A stretch of DNA of 64,000 bases. Origin: an uncultured Gemmatimonadales bacterium (lineage in GTDB: Bacteria > Gemmatimonadota > Gemmatimonadetes > Gemmatimonadales > GWC2-71-9). The DNA lies in the NCBI GenBank assembly GCA_963795085.1, contig CAWCFX010000004.1:512001-576000 (forward strand). The letters are read 5' to 3'. The notes below the pieces were generated by a model. That model saw nothing but the letters and a program-made list of their open reading frames with translations. It ran no database searches and was not told where the DNA came from. Position numbers and translations under genes: made by a program. Shown here one piece after another: positions 58,207 through 64,000 of the stretch (its first letter is position 1; the number at the start of each line of letters is the position of its first letter).

Positions 58207-59307
58207 ATGAGCCTCCGGAAAGTCATTTCCGGTCCTGCCATCCGGGCATGGTTGCCGCTTCTCGCGATGTTGGTGCTCGCGGGCTGCTCTTCGGACCAGT
58301 TTCCGAACACCACGCTCGATCCGAAGACCGAGTTTACCACCATGATCGACGACGTCTTCATGACGACCGTCATGTGGGCGGTAGTGGTCTTCATCCTGGT
58401 TGAAGGGGCCCTGGTCTTCGCCATTCTCAGGTTTCGGGGCAAACCTTCCGACCCGGAACCGGTGCAGACCCACGGCAACACGACCGTCGAGATCGTCTGG
58501 ACGATCATCCCTGCCGTCATTCTCGCCCTGATCGCCGTGCCCACGATTCGGGGGATATTCTCCACCGCCGACACCCCCGAGGGGGCGCTGGCGGTCGAGG
58601 TGATCGGCCACCAGTGGTGGTGGGAGTTCCGGTATCCCGGCCAGAAAGTGGTGACCGCGAGCGAACTGCATGTCCCGGCCGGCCAGAAGGTCGTGCTCTA
58701 CATGAAGACGGCGGACGTGCTCCACAGTTTCTGGAGCCCTCAGCTGGCGGCCAAGCGGGACGTGTTCCCCAACCGATATACCACCCTCTGGTTCAGTGCG
58801 CCGGATACCGGCCGCTATGGCGGCCAGTGCGCCGAGTTCTGCGGCATCCAGCATGCGCGGATGGGGTTTGAGATCTTCGTGGACAGCCCGGCGGATTTCG
58901 AACGCTGGGTGGCGCGGCAGCAGGTTGGGTCGCCGATGATCAACGGCGGCCAGGTGGTTCGGGACACCACGGCGGCGGTGGACAGCGCATCGCTGGCGAG
59001 CCGGGGGGCCACGGACAGTCTGATGGCGCGCGGCACCCAGGCGTTCATCGGGGCCGGGTGCATCGGGTGCCACGCCATGGTGGGCACGCCCATGGCGGGT
59101 CAACTGGGGGTCATCGGGCCCAACCTGTCCCACGTCGGGAGCCGGGCCACCCTGGCCGGGGCCATGATGCCCAATACCGACGAAAACCTCGCCCGCTGGC
59201 TCCGGGATCCCCAGGCGGTGAAGCCGGGCACCCTGATGAAACTGCCGAGGAAGCTGACGGAGGAAGAAATCCAGACGCTGGTGGCGTACCTGCGCGCTCA
59301 CCAATAG
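58207..59307 (+). CDS. ctaC: Cytochrome c oxidase subunit II fused to cytochrome c (caa3 type)
   Basis: Lipobox LAGC, DVLHSFW, CAEFCGIQHARM (CuA), CIGCH. Confidence 0.95.
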   Translation: MSLRKVISGPAIRAWLPLLAMLVLAGCSSDQFPNTTLDPKTEFTTMIDDVFMTTVMWAVVVFILVEGALVFAILRFRGKPSDPEPVQTHGNTTVEIVWTIIPAVILALIAVPTIRGIFSTADTPEGALAVEVIGHQWWWEFRYPGQKVVTASELHVPAGQKVVLYMKTADVLHSFWSPQLAAKRDVFPNRYTTLWFSAPDTGRYGGQCAEFCGIQHARMGFEIFVDSPADFERWVARQQVGSPMINGGQVVRDTTAAVDSASLASRGATDSLMARGTQAFIGAGCIGCHAMVGTPMAGQLGVIGPNLSHVGSRATLAGAMMPNTDENLARWLRDPQAVKPGTLMKLPRKLTEEEIQTLVAYLRAHQ

Positions 59308-59423
59308 CAGCAGAAGGATGCAGGACCGGAACTGGTAAAGTGGGAGCTGGCAATGCGTGACGCGGTGGCCGGGCTTTCCCGTTCACCACTCACCGCTTAC
59401 CGCTCACGATTCATTGAGGAGTT

Positions 59424-61247
59424 ATGGCGACTACGGCAATAGACCACTCCGACGCGCATGCGCATCCCCCGTCCGGGCTGTGGAGCTGGCTCACCACGGT
59501 GGACCATAAGCGCATCGGGATTCTCTACGGCGCCTCGGCCTTTGCCTTCTTCCTGATCGGGGGGCTGGAAGCCCTGCTGATCCGGATCCAGCTGGGCTCG
59601 GCGAACAACACCTTCCTGTCGCCGGAGGCGTACAACCAGCTCTTCACGATGCACGGCACCACCATGATCTTCCTGGCGGTGATGCCGTTGTCGGCGATGT
59701 ACTTCAACTACCTGATTCCGCTCCAGATCGGGGCCCGCGACGTCGCCTTTCCCCGGCTCAATGCGTTCAGCTACTGGGTGTTCATCCTGGGCGGGCTCTT
59801 CCTCAACGCCAGTTTCCTGTTCAACGCCGCGCCGAACGCCGGGTGGTTCGGCTACGCCAACCTGACCACCAGGCCCTATTCGCCGGGGCTCAACGTGGAT
59901 TTCTGGGTGCTGGGCCTCCAGATCCTGGGGATCGCGTCGCTGGCGGCGGGCGTCAACTTCTTCGTGACGATCATCAACCTGCGCGGACCGGGCATGAAGC
60001 TGATGCGAATGCCCATGTTCGTGTGGATGAGCTTCATCACCCAGATCCTGATCCTGCTGGCCTTCCCGGTGATCACGGTCGCGCTGATCATGCTGATGTT
60101 CGACCGGAACTTCGGCACCATGTTTTTCACGGTGGCCCAGGGGGGCGATCCCACCCTGTGGCAGCACCTGTTCTGGGTTTTCGGCCATCCCGAGGTGTAC
60201 ATCCTGATCCTGCCGGCCTTCGGCATCGTGTCCGAGATCCTGCCGGTCTTTTCCCGGAAACCGCTCTTCGGGTATGCCGCGATGGTGTTCTCGGGCGCCT
60301 TCATCGCGTTTCTCGGCTTCGGGGTGTGGGCGCACCACATGTTCGCCACCGGCATGGGCCCGATCGCGGACGCCGCGTTCTCGCTGACGACCATGCTGAT
60401 CGCGGTGCCCACCGGGGTGAAGATCTTCAACTGGATCGGCACCATCTGGGGCGGCTCGATCCAGATGAAGACGCCGATGTACTTCGCCCTCGGCTTCATC
60501 GCGATGTTCATCATCGGCGGCCTCTCCGGCGTGATGCACGCCTCGCCGCCGGCCGACCTGCAGCAGACCGACACCTACTTCGTGGTGGCGCACTTCCACT
60601 ACGTCCTGTTCGGCGGGAGTATCTTCGCCCTCACCGCCGGCGCCTATTTCTGGTTCCCCAAGATGTTCGGCAAGATGCTGGGCGAGGGTCTCGGCAAGCT
60701 CCACTTCTGGCTGATGTTCGCCGGGTTCAACCTGACCTTCATGCCGATGCACTTCCTGGGGCTCCACGGCATGCCGCGCCGGGTGTACACCTACCCCGAA
60801 GGGCTGGGCTTCGAGTTCTGGAACATGGTCCAAACGGCCGGGTCGTTCCTGCTCGCCGTCTCCTTCCTGGTGTTCATCTGGAACATCATCAAGAGCGTAC
60901 GGAGCCCGGAGCAGGCCCCGGCGGACCCCTGGAACGGCGCCACGCTGGAGTGGTCCATACCGTCCCCGCCGCAGGAGTTCAACTTCGCCGAGGTCCCGGT
61001 GGTCACCTCGCGTGACCCGCTGTGGGAGTGGAGGCGGGAGCGGGGCGGAGGACCCCTGCCGGAGCCGGCCCGGGTGAGCGGCAAGGGGATTCACATGCCC
61101 AATCCGTCCTACTGGCCGCTGGTCACCGCGATCGGCGTCCTGGTGACGCTGGTTGGGTTCATGGTGGGATTTCCCTACGTCAATCTGGTCGGCGCCGTGA
61201 TCCTGCTGCTCGGCATGTTCAAGTGGGCCTTCGAGCCGGCCGGCTGA
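59424..61247 (+). CDS. ctaD: Cytochrome c oxidase subunit I (type A1)
   Basis: DHKRIG, TMHG, GHPEVY, WAHHM, AHFHY, MPRR. Confidence 0.97.
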   Translation: MATTAIDHSDAHAHPPSGLWSWLTTVDHKRIGILYGASAFAFFLIGGLEALLIRIQLGSANNTFLSPEAYNQLFTMHGTTMIFLAVMPLSAMYFNYLIPLQIGARDVAFPRLNAFSYWVFILGGLFLNASFLFNAAPNAGWFGYANLTTRPYSPGLNVDFWVLGLQILGIASLAAGVNFFVTIINLRGPGMKLMRMPMFVWMSFITQILILLAFPVITVALIMLMFDRNFGTMFFTVAQGGDPTLWQHLFWVFGHPEVYILILPAFGIVSEILPVFSRKPLFGYAAMVFSGAFIAFLGFGVWAHHMFATGMGPIADAAFSLTTMLIAVPTGVKIFNWIGTIWGGSIQMKTPMYFALGFIAMFIIGGLSGVMHASPPADLQQTDTYFVVAHFHYVLFGGSIFALTAGAYFWFPKMFGKMLGEGLGKLHFWLMFAGFNLTFMPMHFLGLHGMPRRVYTYPEGLGFEFWNMVQTAGSFLLAVSFLVFIWNIIKSVRSPEQAPADPWNGATLEWSIPSPPQEFNFAEVPVVTSRDPLWEWRRERGGGPLPEPARVSGKGIHMPNPSYWPLVTAIGVLVTLVGFMVGFPYVNLVGAVILLLGMFKWAFEPAG

Positions 61248-61269
61248 TCTTCAACCCAGGGGTCTGACC

Positions 61270-61899
61270 TTGTCTCACGACGCGCACGCGATGCAGCTCG
61301 CGACCAGCACCGGTCTCGACAGCCGGAAGATGGCCATCTGGACCTTTATCGGGTCCGAATGCCTCTTCTTTGCCTCGCTCATTTCCACCTACATGGTGTA
61401 CAAGGGCAAGAGCATCACCGGCCCCTATCCGCACACGCCGTGGACCAATCCTGCTACCGGCGAAGTGGTTCCCCCGATCCTCAACATCCCGCTTACCTCG
61501 ATCAGCACCTTCGTCCTGCTGATGAGTTCGTTCGCGGTGGTGCTGGCGCTCTACGGCGCGCAGCGGGGCAACCGGAAGATGCTCATCGGCTGGCTGTCGC
61601 TCACCATGGTGGGCGGGCTGATCTTCCTGGGCGGCCAGGTGTACGAGTTCAGCCACTTCGTTCACCAGGGGCTGACCCTCAAGCAGAACCTGTTCGGCGC
61701 CACGTTTTTCACCCTGACCGGGTTCCACGGCGGCCACGTCACGGTGGGCCTGATCTGGCTGGGCACGGTGCTGGTCACCGCGGTCCGGGGCGACCTGCCG
61801 CCGGCCAAGGCGCTCAATCTCGAGATCGCGGCGCTGTACTGGCACTTCGTGGACGTCATCTGGATCATCATCTTCACCGTCCTCTACCTGATTCAATAG
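61270..61899 (+). CDS. ctaE: Cytochrome c oxidase subunit III
   Basis: SECLFF, LTGFHGGHV, YWHFVDVIW. Confidence 0.95.
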   Translation: MSHDAHAMQLATSTGLDSRKMAIWTFIGSECLFFASLISTYMVYKGKSITGPYPHTPWTNPATGEVVPPILNIPLTSISTFVLLMSSFAVVLALYGAQRGNRKMLIGWLSLTMVGGLIFLGGQVYEFSHFVHQGLTLKQNLFGATFFTLTGFHGGHVTVGLIWLGTVLVTAVRGDLPPAKALNLEIAALYWHFVDVIWIIIFTVLYLIQ

Positions 61900-61912
61900 G
61901 CCAGGCGCATCC

Positions 61913-62248
61913 ATGGACGCACACGCGGAAGTACATACCGGCGGCGGTGAGCATGCCCATCCGACGCCGGGACTCTATACCAAGATCGCGGTCACGCTGA
62001 TAATCCTGACGGCCCTGGAAGTGGCGGTGTACTATGTCGAATCCATCCGCGCCTTCCTGGTACCGATCCTGATCGTGCTGATGATCGTGAAGTTCGCCCT
62101 GGTAGGGATGTACTACATGCACCTCAAGCAGGACGCGAAGCTGTTCACCGGGCTGTTCGTGTTTCCCATCCTGCTGGCCGTCGGCGTCATCGTGGCACTC
62201 ATGGCCCTCTTCGGGGTCAGTCACCCGACGATGCCCGGAGCGCCGTAG
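61913..62248 (+). CDS. Cytochrome c oxidase subunit IV family
   Basis: LTALEV, KFALVGMYYMHLK; three TMs. Confidence 0.88.
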   Translation: MDAHAEVHTGGGEHAHPTPGLYTKIAVTLIILTALEVAVYYVESIRAFLVPILIVLMIVKFALVGMYYMHLKQDAKLFTGLFVFPILLAVGVIVALMALFGVSHPTMPGAP

Positions 62249-62254
62249 CCGTCG

Positions 62255-63073
62255 TTGATTCCGCTCCCGTTCCTGTTTGACCAGAGGGTCCGGCCCGCCG
62301 GGCCCTTTGTCGCTGACTGGTCGCTCCACCCCAGCGTCCTGATTGGCACCGCCATCTTCGCCGGCCTCTACATTTACGGCATCACGGCCTGGCGCCGGCG
62401 GCACCTGCCCGATGCGCGCATCTCTCCCTGGCGCATCCTGTCGTTTGCAACGGGCTGCCTGCTCCTGCTCGGCGTCCTGAACGGCCCCATCCATGACCTG
62501 AGCGATTACTACCTCTTCTCGGCCCACATGTTTCAGCATCTGCTGCTGACCCTGGTGGTGCCGCCGCTCTGGCTGGCGGGAACCCCGTCCTGGCTGCTCC
62601 GGCCCCTGTTCGCCCGGCCCCGGGTGCGGTCGGCCGCCCGCCTGCTCACCCGGCCGGTGGTGGCCGGCCTGATCTACACCGTGACGATATCGGCCTGGCA
62701 CGTGATCCAGCTCTACGACCTGATGATGCGGAGCCACGAGGTCCACATCGTGACCCATCTCATGTTCATCGCCGTCGCGGTGCTGATGTGGTGGCCGATC
62801 CTGAGCCCTTCGCCCGAGGTGCCGCGGGCCACCCCAGGGGTGGGGATGCTCTATCTCTTCCTGGTGGGCATCCCGATGCAGATCGTGGCGGCCCTGATCA
62901 GCCTCTCCAAATCGGTCCTGTACGAGTGGTATGCCGCCGCGCCCCGAACCTGGGGCCTCAGCGCAATCGATGACCAGCAGATCGGCGGATTGATGATGTG
63001 GGTGCCGGGCGGACTCTACCTGGCCGGTGCGATCGGGATCGTCTTCTTTGTCTGGGCCGGCAGGGAAAAGTAG
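62255..63073 (+). CDS. ctaG: Caa3 assembly factor CtaG
   Basis: LFSAHMFQHLLL, AWH, DQQIGGLMMWVPG. Confidence 0.9.
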   Translation: MIPLPFLFDQRVRPAGPFVADWSLHPSVLIGTAIFAGLYIYGITAWRRRHLPDARISPWRILSFATGCLLLLGVLNGPIHDLSDYYLFSAHMFQHLLLTLVVPPLWLAGTPSWLLRPLFARPRVRSAARLLTRPVVAGLIYTVTISAWHVIQLYDLMMRSHEVHIVTHLMFIAVAVLMWWPILSPSPEVPRATPGVGMLYLFLVGIPMQIVAALISLSKSVLYEWYAAAPRTWGLSAIDDQQIGGLMMWVPGGLYLAGAIGIVFFVWAGREK

Positions 63074-63131
63074 GAGCACAGGTTCGTGGCTGACGCCGGC
63101 TGCCCTTCTCTCGATGGGTGAGCCTGCCCGG

Positions 63132-63268
63132 AACCACAAACCACACACCACAAATCACGAAGGCACGAAGAAACAAGAAAAGTCGGTTGGGGCTCTTCCT
63201 GTTGTTTCGTGCCTTTGTGCCAATGCTGTTGCCGGACGCCGGTTTCCTTGTCCTTCGTTCTTTGTGGT
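63132..63268. repeat. Heptamer run plus long inverted repeat between convergent genes
   Basis: AACCACA AACCACA CACCACA; CACGAAGGCACGAA (63156) pairs with TTCGTGCCTTTGTG (63206). Confidence 0.75.
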
Positions 63269-63329
63269 CAAGGCTGGTAGCAGTTGGCCGAGCCCTCGGG
63301 TCCATGCCTGTTGTCCCTCGGGGTTTCCT

Positions 63330-63947
63330 TCATGAAAATCTGGCGATGGCCGCGGCAATGGTGGTCTCGAACCCCGCCTGGTCCGGGGTACCGAACAGCG
63401 TGACGGCCGCGGTTTCGAGGCATGCCGTCTCGGCGTCCTCCAGGGTTTCCAGGTCAAAGGGCTGCGGCGGGAGCGCCGGGTATCCGGGAAATTCCGCCAT
63501 GATCGGGCACTGGTTCTCGATTACCCGGCCGGCTGGAGTGACCATGCCCAGGCCGGTCATCCGGCAGACCAGGGGGCGGCTCTCGTAGATCCGGCAGACC
63601 CCCTCGTCGTCCAGCAGGGGACACGGCTCCAGCGCCATCCCCTCGCTCACCCGGTCGAAATCCTCGTCGCCGATGCCGGCGGTGCCTTTCAGCACATCCC
63701 ATCCCGGCTCAAGCTGCCCCATCCGGACTACCTGCTCCCGGGCTCGTGACCGTATGGTGGCTTGCGCCTCCGGCGGAAGCTCCCCGACGGCTGCTATCAC
63801 CAGCGCGGTATCGGCAACGCTGATATCAAAGGGCCCCCGGCAACAGGCGCTGCATCCGCGCCGGCAGGGCACCACGCCGGAGCGCGCCGCGGACTCGGCG
63901 AACCACCGGTCGAGGTGCTGCAGCAGGCTACGATAAGGTGCGGCCAT
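63330..63947 (-). CDS. YkgJ-family cysteine-cluster (CxxCxxCC) protein
   Basis: CRRGCSACC, CPLL..CRIYESRPLVCR. Confidence 0.9.
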   Translation of the reverse strand: MAAPYRSLLQHLDRWFAESAARSGVVPCRRGCSACCRGPFDISVADTALVIAAVGELPPEAQATIRSRAREQVVRMGQLEPGWDVLKGTAGIGDEDFDRVSEGMALEPCPLLDDEGVCRIYESRPLVCRMTGLGMVTPAGRVIENQCPIMAEFPGYPALPPQPFDLETLEDAETACLETAAVTLFGTPDQAGFETTIAAAIARFS

Positions 63948-64000
63948 GGTCACCTGGGACCAGCAACAGGGACGGGAAAAGAAACGACTTACTGATCGCT

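Overview
GC-rich bacterial chromosomal window with about 55 densely packed genes. Gene content and style suggest a Gemmatimonadota-like organism (inference only). It holds peptidases and hydrolases, a swivel-first aconitase-family fusion, a pterin/folate cluster (PTPS-PCD-pabB-pabA, convergent with 5-FTHF cyclo-ligase), an atypical HrpB-like helicase, ispH and a DNA-damage neighbourhood (ATL, dnaE2, tag, ImuB/DinB-like). It also holds a decayed IS200/RAYT-like HUH transposase flanked by REP-like hairpins and a 24-bp tandem array, an 8-gene Tat-TldD/TldE-MoxR-vWA-DUF4159 operon, and a caa3 oxidase operon. Features absent from the ORF track but readable in the sequence: (1) a CxxU SelW/Rdx selenoprotein gene abutting pfk; (2) a 55-aa stand-alone zinc-ribbon ORF in front of an SplB-like radical SAM gene; (3) a shared TTGACG-N16-TAT[A/C]TT promoter with a CCGAA-N6-CCGAA direct-repeat box upstream of both the ImuB-like gene and the Zn-ribbon/radical SAM unit, a candidate lineage-specific SOS-type operator; (4) dispersed heptamer and nonamer micro-arrays in gene gaps. 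Several small frameshifts are probably sequencing errors. No rRNA, tRNA or CRISPR array was recognised. All family calls come from motif recognition by eye, not database searches.
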